Positions 37,401 to 50,000 of a stretch of DNA of 64,000 bases are shown in pieces. Where the stretch lies: assembly GCA_024704765.1 (NCBI GenBank), contig JAKMXF010000338.1, positions 69,133 to 133,132 on the forward strand, read 5' to 3'. Below the pieces are notes generated by a model that did not search any database, was not told the DNA's origin, and was given only the letters and a program-made list of their open reading frames with translations. Origin of the DNA: Oopsacas minuta. Lineage: Eukaryota; Animalia; Porifera. The translations under genes were made by a program, and so were the position numbers. The stretch's first letter is position 1; each line of letters opens with the position of its first letter.

Positions 37401-37564
37401 TTAGCAACAAATAATTGTACAAACGCTATAAATCAAAGACATGATTGAAATATTGAATAAAAAATAAAGATAATAATCAGAATGAATTCGAAAGACTGGG
37501 AGGCCAAAAGTCAGTTGGGGGGGGGGAATATATCCCCTTATCCCCCCTCCTGGATTCGCTACTG
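34457..37564 (-). mobile_element. hAT element (DUF4371/ZMYM1-like group), decayed, one terminus clipped
   Basis: End GGATTCGCTACTG (reverse complement CAGTAGCGAATCC) at 37564 with poly-G/poly-C subterminal hairpin; 34457-34700 matches the hAT end at 62596-62896 but lacks roughly its first 60 bp. Confidence 0.85.
34685..37180 (-). pseudogene. hAT transposase (DUF4371 + hATC), frameshifted; related to 47360-49822
   Basis: CGRLGIALRGHRDDG, ILADETTDSSHQEQL, CYDGCS, HCASHRLNLVL, STRFVERH, LPVTTCTPERCFS, RLNGLALVYIHKDI. Confidence 0.92.
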
Positions 37565-37663
37565 CCGACATCCTACTAGATGTTTCAAAACTGCATATTC
37601 CATGTTACCTAATCATCACCACCTGTGCAAAATGTTTACTTATCTACATCACAACATATACTA

Positions 37664-38994
37664 CGGGCGTTCAATAAGTAGTCATTATTTCAAATTATGT
37701 AAGTCGGGAAATTTCGACCCAGATAAAACTGATTGATCTAATAACAATCCATCTATTGTGAATTCAATAATGTACAGCGATTTTGATTTTGATGCCTCAT
37801 TCTAATATTGTACCTATTCACATTTTGACAGTTTATTATAGTAACATTTTTAATGGCTTCAAGAGTATAAATATCAAAATTGAACAGAGAACATACATGA
37901 AGATCAGAACACTGCTCAAAGTTTCACCAACAGATGTCTATAAAGATTTAGATGAAGTTTATAGGGATACAGCAATTCTATATCCCACTGTTGTTGATTG
38001 GGCTAGACGCTTACGTGAAGGTAGAATGTCCATTGAAAATGCGGCAAGAATAGAGAGACCAGTTTCCAGCGCCAGTGACAAAAATATCCTTGAGGTAACC
38101 GCGGTACTTGAAGAAGACACTCATATCACGCTTGTGGAGATAGCTGATGCGTTGGGATCTCAACGGGAACTGCTCAATCTATTGTACATGATAATATGGA
38201 ATTCCGAAAGATATGTGCTCGATTGGTGCCGCATTTACTAACTCAGGCCCAGAAAGTAAGGAGGGTCCAATGCGCTACTAAATTGCTCTCTGAGTTTGAT
38301 CGAGCTGACTTCAGGAGGTTATTTGAGATAGTAACAGGTGATGGAACTTGGGTATGTTATTCTGAGCCTTTATCAAAAGAAGCAAACAAAGTATGGGTGG
38401 TAAGAGGACAGGACGCACCAATGATCCCATGACATGACTTTCGGGACCTGAAGGTTATTTACTGTATATTTTTGATTCTAATGGTCCAGTTTGCCACATT
38501 TGTGTCCCCAACTACCAAACAATAACAGGCTCCTTCTATACCAATGAGTGTCTAAGAAAGGTTGGAAATCTTTACCAAAATCAATGGCCAAGGACTGGAA
38601 CTCGTGGGTTGCGAATATTGCATGATAACGCCCGACCGCAAAAGACAAAGCTGGTTAGAGAAAAGTTGGAAGCGGTGAAGATTGTGGAGCTAGATCACCC
38701 ACCATACTCGCTAGATCTACCTCCCTGTGACTTTTGGTTGTTTCCAAAGCTAAAGAAACATCTGTCAGGAGAGAAATTCGAGAGCCGAACTCAGATAGGA
38801 TCGGCGATTTTCCTGTGTATCAAAGGTGTACCAACCGGAGACTACAAAAATGTATTTTGTTGATAGGATAAAACGACTGAAATTGGTTTTACAGCAGGAA
38901 GGGGAATTTTTTGAGAAACTCCATCACTGAATACGCAATTATGCTAGAAAAATTTAGAATTACATAGTGATAACGACTACTTATTGAACGCCCG
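37664..38994 (+). mobile_element. mariner (DD34D), full length, decayed
   Basis: TIRs TA|CGGGCGTTCAATAAGTAGTC and GACTACTTATTGAACGCCCG|TA; KICARLVPHLLT, IVTGDGTWV, LHDNARP...HPPYSLDLPPCDFWLFPKLK (34 residues between D and D). Confidence 0.92.
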
Positions 38995-39059
38995 TAGTAT
39001 ATTATGAGAATTTAGTTGCTGCAATTGGGAATAAAAATTTGATCGGAACCATTGGCGAC

Positions 39060-39637
39060 TTCATTCTCTAAGAGAGGTTGTTTACACTATACTGCTATGT
39101 TATGCAATACTCCACAAGCGACTATGATGGGACAAACTTTATCTGGACTCATCCTGATCTCCATAAAGACAGTGGAATCTTCGTTTCCATCGCCCAAATG
39201 TCTGTTCAACAATAACCCTTGTCCTCTTATGTGCATAGTTGTAGTTAAATTGGGCAGTGGATAGTAGCTGGCGATAAGGAGTGAGTAAATATGGCCTCAT
39301 CATTTAACCGCTATCTCCTAATTTATGCTCCCCTATGAAAAGGTATTTTCAGCATGCATCCCAATACCTGAAATCTTCCAAAACCATGAATCGTGAACAG
39401 ACCCAGGAAGACGTGCCAATACATCGCAAAATGTTCCATCTGGTTGGCAAATAGTTTGGCATTAATTGAATTGGAAAATGCCGATTTATATAATCTGATT
39501 GATCTCCAGGGGGTCTTTGGATTTGTATGTGCGTTCTGTTAACTAATCCTGCTAAGCCTGGAAGTGTGCAATCTCATAAACCTTGTCTTTGACTTCTACC
39601 CTCTTGAGACCAGCAGGCAAACTAACAAACTGATGAT
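39060..39637 (-). pseudogene. Second PIF/Harbinger transposase remnant
   Basis: Manual translation: DVLARLPGSVHDS...[16 protein letters not shown]...[29 protein letters not shown]...[20 protein letters not shown]. Not in the ORF track. Confidence 0.85.
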
Positions 39638-40470
39638 CAAGGGTTGTTCAATAAGCAATGAGACTAATGTATCGATTTCATATTCTATTTAATACAACTC
39701 AAGGCATAATTAGATTACAAGCCAAAATTGATTGTCTAACCTAGATACAATATACTCTTTACTCTACTAGCATATTCTTCAGTAAAAAGTTCCATTTGTA
39801 CTGGCCACTGTTTTCAACTAATGGATTTTAGCAAAGAAGGAAAACGATAAATAATTTGGTACGTGTGAAAAGGGGGAAGGCTGGCTCAAATATTCCTCGT
39901 GAAATGCAGGAATTTTTCTGGTGATGAATGTCCTTCGAAAGCCACCATATATAGATAGATCGAACGTTTTGACAACGGCGATGAGGAACTCCACGATGAC
40001 CCTCGTCCAGGTCATCCAGATTCATCAAAAATCCGCAGTAATTTCGAGAGAGACAAACAATTTTGGACGAGGACAGACGAATAACCCTACGAAAGTTAAA
40101 AGAGAGGGTAGGTATATCAAAGCCACACTACACTCGAATATGACTGAAGATCTGGAGATGTCGAAGGTTACTGCGCGTTAGGTCCTAAATCTTTTTTCAA
40201 AAGGACAAAAACGCGCAAAAGGATCAGAGTTGGCAAAGAATTACTTTCAAGATGCAAGCAGAGGAAGACTTTTTGGATCGTATAGTAACGGGGGATGAAG
40301 CTTAGTTTCTTTATTATGAAGCAGAGAGCAAATCTCAATCGAAGCAATGGAAGAGACGTGATGATCCTCTACCCATCAAGGTAAATGCCCCAAAATCACC
40401 AGGGAAGAAGAGAATGGTTACAGTATTTTGGATAGGGACGGAATTACACACCTCGACTGGTTGTGCATAC
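39638..40470 (+). mobile_element. 5' half of a mariner element
   Basis: Candidate TIR CAAGGGTTGTTCAATAAG; CPSKATIYR*IERFDNGDEELHDDPRPGHP; KVTAR*V; GDEA*FLYYE.ESKSQSKQW; KRMVTVFWD; truncated thereafter. Confidence 0.78.
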
Positions 40471-41794
40471 ATTTTCAACTCTTTTCACTTTTGATAACTA
40501 GGTCCTAACAATATGAACCGTCTAGATATTGACTTTCCTACTACTTTCTATCTATATATTATTATTTTCCCTTTTTCTATCTACTCTTATATGACATCTA
40601 TGATGGACGCCTACATTCTATTATGTTTTATTGTCCATAATTAGCATAAACTATAATTGGTATACGACTTCTTTTTCAAACAGCTCCTATATCCAACCGC
40701 GTCCGAAGGCAGTATATTTTGTCGTAGCCCGTTCGTTGTGAAGAGTAAAGTTTACCATCCATTGTGAACTTGAAATAAGCTGCAGCGTTTCCGCTAATGA
40801 TTCCGCCAACATGATCCTCCTTAGGCTGGCAGCCTTAAATACTTTTGTCCTTGTTAAATATGCTAATTTCCCCTCGTCCCCACGTAACATAAATTGTTTT
40901 GCAATGACGTGTTCCAGGTACCGATCCTCCAAGTTTTCATTACTCGCATACATTTTTTAATCATGATTTGGTTATGAGTGTAGATTAGGGATCGTCTAGG
41001 AATCCCGGTTAATTCCCGGTTTTATTGGGATTCTGCTATTCGACCAGGATGTATCCGGGAAATTATGACATCTTAATATAATGAAATTCCCAAAGGAATT
41101 AATACTCAACTTATATTTATGGTTTAATGTTTTAATATTCCCATTTCCCGTTACTATTCAATAATTACTTTTCACTAGTAGTTTGAATTCCGGCCATTCT
41201 TTAGAACTAACCCTATTCCTAATCTCAGAATTGCAGTCTTTTAAGTCTGACAAAGTTCATAACTCGCTGAATCAATAGTTTACGTTGTTTATTATGTAGG
41301 TTTATGCCCTTTGAAATCTCGGCAAATTCTATGTTTTTGTTTGAATTATCATGCATAGTAAATTTTCCCTACTCTATTATTTTGATGGCAATACGTTAAT
41401 AATTCTTATTCATTATTGTTGTTGTGTGTGTTTTTGCTATTTATTTGAGATAATAGCTTAGTTTCGTAATAGTTGTTTAATACATCTTTCAATGAAGATG
41501 TACATACATTCAATCTCAGTTTTGCTGACGTAATTTCTATTAGGCTGATTTATCCAATAATTATCTTGCATAAAACAGTAATTCTTGAATTAATACTCAC
41601 TAAAGTCGGAGAGAGAATATTATATTGTATTAGTTATTACACTGGTTGTACTGCGAGAGAACCTCTTATTTCTATTCATCAATAAGGCTCTGCACTTTTC
41701 TCTGGATCAAAGAATAAGTATAAACAAGGATAGCTAATAGTTGCTGTTTTAATGCTACAAATATTGTAAATAATGGATAATGTGTGTTAGTGTG

Positions 41795-42775
41795 TGTTAT
41801 TGAATTAATTACAAATTTGGGACCACAGGCATTTTGACCTAAACTATACAAAAGTTTCTTGAATCAAATACAGGTTTCATAATATGGGAAAATGACACTG
41901 AACCATACAAATGTTTTTGAAACAATTACAAATTTTGTAACATGGTATTTTGCTACTGATCCATTCAAATGTTATTGAATGAATTACAAATTTCGCAATA
42001 TGGGAATATTTTGATACTGAACCATTCAAATGTCATTGAATTGAGTACAAATATGGTACCACAGGCATTTTGCTACTGAACATTACAAATGTTTTTGAAT
42101 CAATCGAAAATTTACAATCCAGGAATTTGAATACTGGACCATGCAAAAGTTTTGAATTTATCCCAAATTTAGCACCACAAGTATTTTGATAATGAAATAT
42201 ACTAATGTTGCTGAATGATGGACATAATCCTACAATTTGAATTTTGATGCTAACTTTACAAATACTTTTGAATAAATACAATTTTTCGTAAATTAGGAAT
42301 TTGTGACGCTGAACCGTTCAAATGTTATTGAAAGAAAGATATATTCGAAATAAGGAATTCTGATGCTAACTGTACAAATATTTTTGATCAGATAAAATTT
42401 TCAGAAAATAGGAATTTTGATACTGAACATACAAATCTTTTTGAATCAAACAAAGATTTGGCATTATGGGAATATTGTATAGTTCAGTATCACAATTTCC
42501 ATGTTACGAAATTTGCTGTTGATACAAAAATATTTATATAGTCAAGTATGAAAATCCCAATGTTCCGACATTTGCATTTGATTTGAAAACATTTGTACAG
42601 TTAGTATCAAAATTCCTGTGTTGCGAATTTGTAATTGATTCAAAAAATTTATATGGTCATGTATCACAATTCCAATTACGCGAAATCTGTAATTTATTCA
42701 AATAATAAGTATAGTTCGGCATCAAAACTCCTGTGTTGCGATATTTGTAATTGATTCAAAAATACTTGCTCAATT
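41795..42775. repeat. Palindromic array of a degenerate ~59-60-bp unit (~11 copies forward, ~5 inverted)
   Basis: Consensus approximately GGAATTTTGATACTGAACCATACAAATGTTTTTGAATCAATTACAAATTTCGCAACACA; orientation flips at ~42478. Confidence 0.85.
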
Positions 42776-42785
42776 GCCTGTATGA

Positions 42786-43483
42786 GAAAAAACTACCGAA
42801 GTGGCAAAAGTAACGGAGGGAGGACAACAAATAGTAATCAAAGAAGAAACTGAAGAGCTAGAGGATAAGAACTATGAGGGGATACCTGGAAAAGAAGAAA
42901 TAGTACAAAACTTTGGTGATAACGTCAAGCCAACGTGATCGGTAATATTTGTGTTAATAGATACACACGGGCGGTAGGAAGGAAAGCGATAAGAGACGAA
43001 TATTGACAAAACTACAACAGTGCAAACTTTAGTCAATATCTTTTCGGACAACCCCAATTTAATGGACATTCCTGTGGTGTTCATTATACAAGCATGTAGG
43101 GGACCAAAGCTTGAGGAGGCATGAATATGTGCTGATGGCATAAAAAATGATGAAGAGTTATAATTCTTAACGAAGCATAGTAATTTCCTGATGATCCACT
43201 CCACAACAGAAGGGTACAAGTCGATTAGGAGTGAGGAACAAGATTCATGGCTCTTAGAAATTCTATACAAATGCGTGACAATGCAAAAATATAGAAATCT
43301 ACATTTCTTGGAAGTTATACCCGTCTGTACTTTTGGGTCTTGAACAGTTATCGGGAGATTTCTCATGGAGCAAAAAAGGATCGGAAAGAAGCTAAGGACA
43401 TTACGGCAGTGTGGAAGACTGAGACACCAACATTCCATTCTACACTGATGAAAATCCTACGTATACCAGTGAAGGAAAAATGA
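42786..43483 (+). pseudogene. Caspase (peptidase C14) pseudogene
   Basis: One frame reads SVIFVLIDTHGR (His at 42966), IPVVFIIQACRG (43089-43103), SNFLMIHSTTEGYKSIR, DSWLLEIL; after a frameshift TETPTFHSTLMKILRI*. In-frame stops at 42936, 42975, 42990, 43122 and 43161. Confidence 0.85.
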
Positions 43484-43542
43484 AATTGAAAGTAAGTTAC
43501 TCAACCTTTGAGGAATTCGTAAGAGCCAATACGAGTACTACA

Positions 43543-44847
43543 CGAGGCCCACTCGAAAGGTTTTGTCATTTATATACTTAAATAATAAGTATTAAATATA
43601 TGGTCACATTTTTTCAAAATACTCGCCCTGACACTCTATACACCTTTTCTTCCGTTTAAACCAGGAATCAAAGCACATTTTCCACTCTTCTTACGTTATC
43701 TCCTCAATTGCTAAGAAAAGTGCCCCGGTCAACTTTTCATTGCTGAAAAATCTCCTCCCACGAAGTTGATCTTTGAGCATTGGGAATAACCAAAATCGCA
43801 AGGGGCTAGATCTGGATTGTAGGGTGGATGGGGTAGCGTTCCGATCCTATAATTCTCTAAAACTCACGAGTTCTTAGTGCTGTATGTGATGAAGCATTAT
43901 CGTGGTGAAGCAGGATTCCTTGGACACCTGACTTCTCATGTTATTTTTCGCTAGCACTGAATACTTTCGGAAGACATATTGTGGTATACCAATCAGCGGT
44001 GACTGTCTTTCTATCCTCAAGTGTAATTCCCTCAACAAATCTACTACGTCTAAAGAAAATCGCCCACATCTGTTTTCCGACTGATCTAATTCTCCGGACA
44101 TTTGTTGGAGGTAAACCACCTTCTTCGATCCACTCCTTAGATTGTCCCTTCGTTCTGGATCAGTGTGGTATATTCAAGTCTCATCGCCTGTGAGTATTTC
44201 AGAAAGAGCTCTAGAAGTTCCATTAACAAATCTTTAAGCATAATTTTGCACCAGCCCACTCGGCACTTTATCTGATCAGACGACAAAGAATACGGGATCC
44301 AACGTGCACATAACTTTCTAAGACCGAGCACTTTATGTAGATGACGTTTATACTCCCCGATGACAATTTAGTTTCATATTCTAACTGAGCGTAAGTTACA
44401 TGAGAGTCTTTTGTTACTTCGTCAACACCAGCTCTGCATTTTCGACCGTGTGTGTAATACTGGCCTACCAGGACGGAGGCCATCTTCAAAAATAAAATTT
44501 CCATGAATAGACTCTGAGTACCATCGCTCTACTGTTCTTAAACAAGGAACTATATTTGGTAAGTGCTTCTGCTAAGTTTCGTGTATTTCCAAACGGCTCT
44601 TCTCAAGTTTGAACAAAATTAAAATCATCGCTCTAAAATCGCGTTTTGTGAGGTTAGATTCTGGTTGGTTGAGGAATCGTACAAGTTATAGCTTTTAGAA
44701 ATCCAGCAATTCGAAAAGTACAAAAGATAAACTGATGAAATTTGTTGTGTAGGTAAACAATATGCGTCTAAATATATATAAAATAATTTTATTAGAAAAT
44801 ACGTGTGGTTTAATAATAAACGACAAAACTTTTCGAGTGCCCTTTTG
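43543..44847 (-). mobile_element. mariner (DD34D), full length, decayed
   Basis: TIRs CGAGGCCCACTCGAAAGGTTTTGTC and GACAAAACTTTTCGAGTGCCCTTTTG|TA; LRKLCARWIP, LTGDET, LHHDNASSH, HPPYNPDLAPCDF. Confidence 0.88.
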
Positions 44848-46151
44848 TATTAATTTTAGTTTGCTCTCCTCCGTAGATTGAAATTGGTACGATAAATTGG
44901 ACAGTGGCTCTGATCCTTGATAACATGTTGCAAACTAATCTATAGCGTCTTTTGAGGTTCATAGAGAGGTGTAAAATACGATTCATGTGAACGTATGCAC
45001 GGAGGTCGCACATCGTCGATGCCATTCGGGCATCTCAGCTTAAGGAGCTGCTCCAAAAATTGATTAAGTATTACTTCGAATGAATCACCTTCTTTAAAGG
45101 TGTGAAAATATGATAAATTAAATGACAACAATATAGAAAGGCCACTACAAATACCCCAGATAATATTTTTAGCTGTTAAAAGTTAAGAAGTTGGAAAGTT
45201 GGCTAATTATTTATCGTTATTTATTCTTATCAGCATTCTGCGTACAGATACTCAGTCTTTGTTTTGCAAATAAGTTTTGATTGAAGTTCTTAAGACAAAA
45301 TTGTTTTGACACTTGCCACAGAAGAAAATAATAGGCTGGATTATAAATTTAGGCCGGATTCATAATTTAAGCGGTATTTTACAATTCTGGGCGGAATTAT
45401 AGCAGGAATCTGAGGATACGGCGTGATAGAAAGACACCTTCTCTACGTCAATGCTAGTTATACCTTGCAATTTTCTAAATATACATAAGAAATTTCTGCA
45501 AAAAATTTGCAATTCAATAGGGAAAGTAATTTACATTAAAATGTTAATGATTCTAACACATAATAGCAGCAAGACAAAATCAGTAATAACTTACTCATAA
45601 ATTATCATACTAAATCACGAATTGCTAGTTCTTGATTTTGTAAAGAATTAGCAATTATGCAAAAGTTGTAATAATCATGTGTTACCCAATCTTGTCTGGA
45701 AGAGGTCGAAATGAATTGAGCATTCACATAAATAGGCCATTGGTATCCTAATTAGCTCTAATTATAACAAAGTACTCGCAACTCCGATTTCATTTCGTTG
45801 TAAGCTGAGTAAATTCGATTAGGATAGACTCCGATTTAGGATCACATTGTAAGAGGCTTATGTATTTGCATTGTTCTGTTTCTGGCGAAGTGACCAGAAT
45901 AGACTCCGCTTAAAGTCACTAGTTGGTCAATAAAGCAGGGTCTACTGTACGCTCAACTATCAAGTTAGGCTTATAATCTGATATTAGGCTTAGAGCAGTA
46001 TTAACTAGAATATGAATTCGAGAAATTAGTCTCATTACTTATTTAACAACCCTTGTATCAATACAATGAGAACACAAATATAAGACCTGAAGTAGACTTA
46101 AATATTCTTTATGACTCATGAAATGAATGGAAGGCAATAAATACTATTACA

Positions 46152-46329
46152 GGTCAAGGGTTTCATCAGATCCACTCAACTCATCCTGTTGGATTGTTTC
46201 AATTATTTCCTCTATCAGATCAAACTCATCAAGTTGATTTGGAGTAATCTCTACAGATTGATTGTCTGTTGACTGGTTTCCACGTCAGGGGGTAGAATAT
46301 ATGGAATCCCTTCATCACGCAATTTGCTA
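46152..46329. repeat. 178-bp inverted repeat, partner at 52011-52188
   Basis: GGTCAAGGGTTTCATCAG...TCACGCAATTTGCTA is the reverse complement of 52011-52188, with one mismatch seen. Confidence 0.9.
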
Positions 46330-47055
46330 GTTCATTTTGAGCGCTAAGCATCAGTAGTTGCCATCGATGTTCTCTTTCACAATCATAGTAGCAAGGCTGT
46401 TGGCAGGCAAAGCAAGCTCCGCGACTGTTAATTTTACAAATTAGGTATGTCCCTTTCGAAATTGACCTTTGAGATCAGTCATTTTGACAATTGGTTTTAC
46501 TTCATTATAATTAATAGCATTTGTGTACCGTTGTAATGGAAGGATTGGATTGAATGTGGATGATTTCTATTTCAGGATGTAAAGTTGCCACAGAGGGACG
46601 TGATGACACACTTTTTGAACTAGGCTAGCGTGTGTTTTCTGTTTGCGGCGCTATTGCATTGATGTTTCGCTTGCACTGAAGTTTTCAACAGTATATATTC
46701 TTTTACACATGCTCAATCAAGGATGTGAAGAAATATTTTGAGATAATGCGTTTGGATGTGAGCTGAATAGCGTGGTGTCGTGCCATGCGGTCATGTTTAT
46801 CTAGGCCTCCCATGCGATAATTATAAGCTTTCAGTAGTGTGGTCTTGGCATAGGCTCTCTTTCGTATTGTAATTCGGCGTCACGAATATTCTTGTGATTA
46901 AATTGTTTATCCTGTGGTGTTGTTAAAATTGTAGCCTGGAACATGAACCATATATATTTCGAAGTGAGATGATACTTATTGGTGACGAGAAATTCTAGAT
47001 CATGTGGTAGATTTTTGATTGATGAGTGCCGACCATACCAGTTCCTCGTGATCTT

Positions 47056-50000
47056 CAGTGGCGGATCTAGGGGGGGGTATGGGGGGTATGCATACCCCCC
47101 CACCAGCTTTGTGAAATTATTTATTTCGTCTACTCAGTAGAGTGAATAAAGTATATATCTTGTTATAACACAACCCTAATGAATTTATTTTCTCGACTAT
47201 ATACTTGTAATTCGGTAAATGTTCCTTCAATATTATTTCATTATTGCCTACTGTAGTTATTTAGGAGCCATAGGAATATAATTCTGATATAATTTTAGAA
47301 TATAAATTTCACCATATTTCTAACTATTTGTTTACCCTTTTTATAATTAGTATTTCTTTATGCTACGTAAGAAAGTTTGTTTGACCAAAGATCAGTCAAC
47401 TTTGAGCAACTTTTTTGCAAAGTCTCAACTTCCAGCTAATTCACAATTACCAGATATTGACTCAACAGATGTAGTTCAACATTTAGAAATGGACGAGTCT
47501 TATGATTCAATTTTGTCTAATACGGATAGTGCATCTTCTAACAATCCGCATGACATTGTTTCTATTTTCTCTAAGACGGAATATGATTGGGAACGTGACC
47601 GTAAAAAGAAGATCTCTGACCTTCAGAAGCAATACTTACTTTTGAATCACATAATGCCAGATTCCAACTTCAAATACCCTTACAGTGTGAGAAGTGGAAA
47701 ATGTTCTCAAAAGGTTTATCTCTCTTTGTCTCACTTAACAGGTAAAAACCACGCTTTTAAATATTCATTTGAAATGCAGGGTGTTGTATGCGTTCCATGT
47801 GTACTCTTTGCCAATATTGAAGTATCGAACGATCGTGGTAAATCAACGAAGTTAGGAGCCCTTGTATTACACCCATTTCGGAATTATAAAAAGGTACATG
47901 AGAAATTACGAGATCATCTCCGTAAACAGTACCATGTTATTTCTCAGGAGCGGGCTGATTTATTCTTAAACCATCTAGTAACAGGAAATTCTTTAAGCAT
48001 AATAAATCAATTGAGTGACACTCGGAGAAATCAAGTATTGGAAAACCGTCAACGCCTAATACCAATTGTGAAAACAATAATATTCTGTGGTAGACTCGGA
48101 ATTGCACTCCGTGGTCACAATGACGATGGCATTATCGACATTGGTACTGCGATTTCTGGGCGAGAAGGTAATTTCCGAGCATTGTTGGCATTTCGAGTGG
48201 ATAGTGGAGATTCTATACTGGAAGAACACTTGAATAATTCGAATAAAAATGCAACTTACGTATCTAAAACAATTCAAAATCGCCTTATTAAATTGTGTGG
48301 TGATCAAGTATTGGAAAAAATTGTGGATGAAGTTAAGGAGAGTATCTTTTTTTCTATTCTTGCAGATGAAACTACAGATAGTTCGCATCAAGAACAGTTG
48401 TGTATTGTACTACGCTATGTTTCCAGTGATTTTGTAGTAAAAGAGGAGTTCGTTGGGTTTGGTTCAGTTGATAACCTTTCAGCAAACTCGATAACGCACG
48501 AAATTTTGGAGAGGCTTGGTGAAATGGGTTTAAATATTCGAAATTGTGTTGGCCAAGGTTACGATGGTGCGTCATCATTTTCGGGTTACTTGAATGGCGT
48601 TGCTAAACAAATTAAAGAGAGTGCTCCAATGGCTGTATATGTCCATTGTGCTAGTCATGTCCTAAATCTCGTCTTAAATGAGAGTTCTTCAGTTCCTTCT
48701 ATACGGAATATGTTTGATACCATTTCCAATACTATAACTTTCGTAAACGAGTCTTCGAAACGAAAAGCAGTATTTCATGTTAACCTAATAAATTATTGCA
48801 CAACTAGATTCATACAACGTCATGATGCCATTGTTAGATTTTCAGAAAACTTTGAAAATGTTATACATGGTCTGGAAGATATATTAGCAGATAGTGAATT
48901 TAACAGCAAGACTCGTTCTTTGGCTTTATCGCACCTAAATTCCCTTAAAGATTCTACCTTTTTGATTGCACTAGCTTCTGCTAAAAAGGTTATGTCTCTG
49001 ACAATGATATTATCTAGGATTTTACAACAAGTTAACCTTGACTTTTGCCATGTATTTGCCATTCTTGATGCTACAATACTAGAATTACAAACAATGCTAG
49101 ATGACAAGGAAGAGAAAGATTGGAATAAACTGGAAAACTCAGTTTATAAAGAAGCTGAAAGATATGCTGTAATAGCTGGGGTTATTATTACAGCCCCCAG
49201 GCAAGCTTCTCACCATATCCAAAGTGTTTCATATAGTCAATCAGCTGTTCAATTAACGTATATAAATGAAACTATTCCAATCAACACCGAACAATTTTTT
49301 AAATGCTCTGTTTGGTATCCTTTTTTGAGCACAGTGATTGATCATCTTACAAAAAGGTTTTCGAAACAATCGAGGTCAACACTTGGATTATTCAAACTGA
49401 TAAATTCTGAATCAATAGACACTGATATACTTAAAGAGATTTACAATATGTATGAAATGGCTTTAAATTGCCAAGAAGAGGAATTATTCCAAGAATTAAA
49501 ACTATACCAGAGTTATCGAAAATCAATCCCTTTACCTGATTCACTAGACATTCTGCATTTATTACAGCATTTATCACCAATATTTACAAAATTAAAAATC
49601 ATTTTGCAAATTGCTGTCACTCTGCCTATTACAACTTGTTCAGCGGAGCGTTCTTTTAGCGCTATGAAAATCCTGAAATCCTATATTAGATCCACAATGA
49701 CGGATGACAGACTAACTGGTCTAGCACTGATGTATATTCATAAGGATATTCCATTAGATGTGGTTAAAATTATTAACACATTCGCAATTTCAGGAGATCA
49801 CCGCATGAATTTCGTAATTTAGTGTTATTATTAGTACTAGTAGGGTATATTATGTATTTAGGATTCAACCAATAGTTACTAATAATATTTAGCTATTACA
49901 TTCAGAAACTCTCATTATATATTAAACTATGAACACACATACATAATGTTTGTATTAAGAACACAATTATTTTGGAGTACCTTAGAATACTTGTCAAAAT

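Noticed and set aside
40687-40953. 88-aa ORF as a functional gene (also 44810-45131)
   Set aside because: Short, no motif, no supporting context.
41795-42775. CRISPR array
   Set aside because: Units are degenerate over their whole length with no unique spacers, there are no cas genes, and the context is eukaryotic.
42872-43438. 188-aa minus-strand ORF as a gene
   Set aside because: It is the antisense shadow of the + strand caspase pseudogene and has no recognisable motif.
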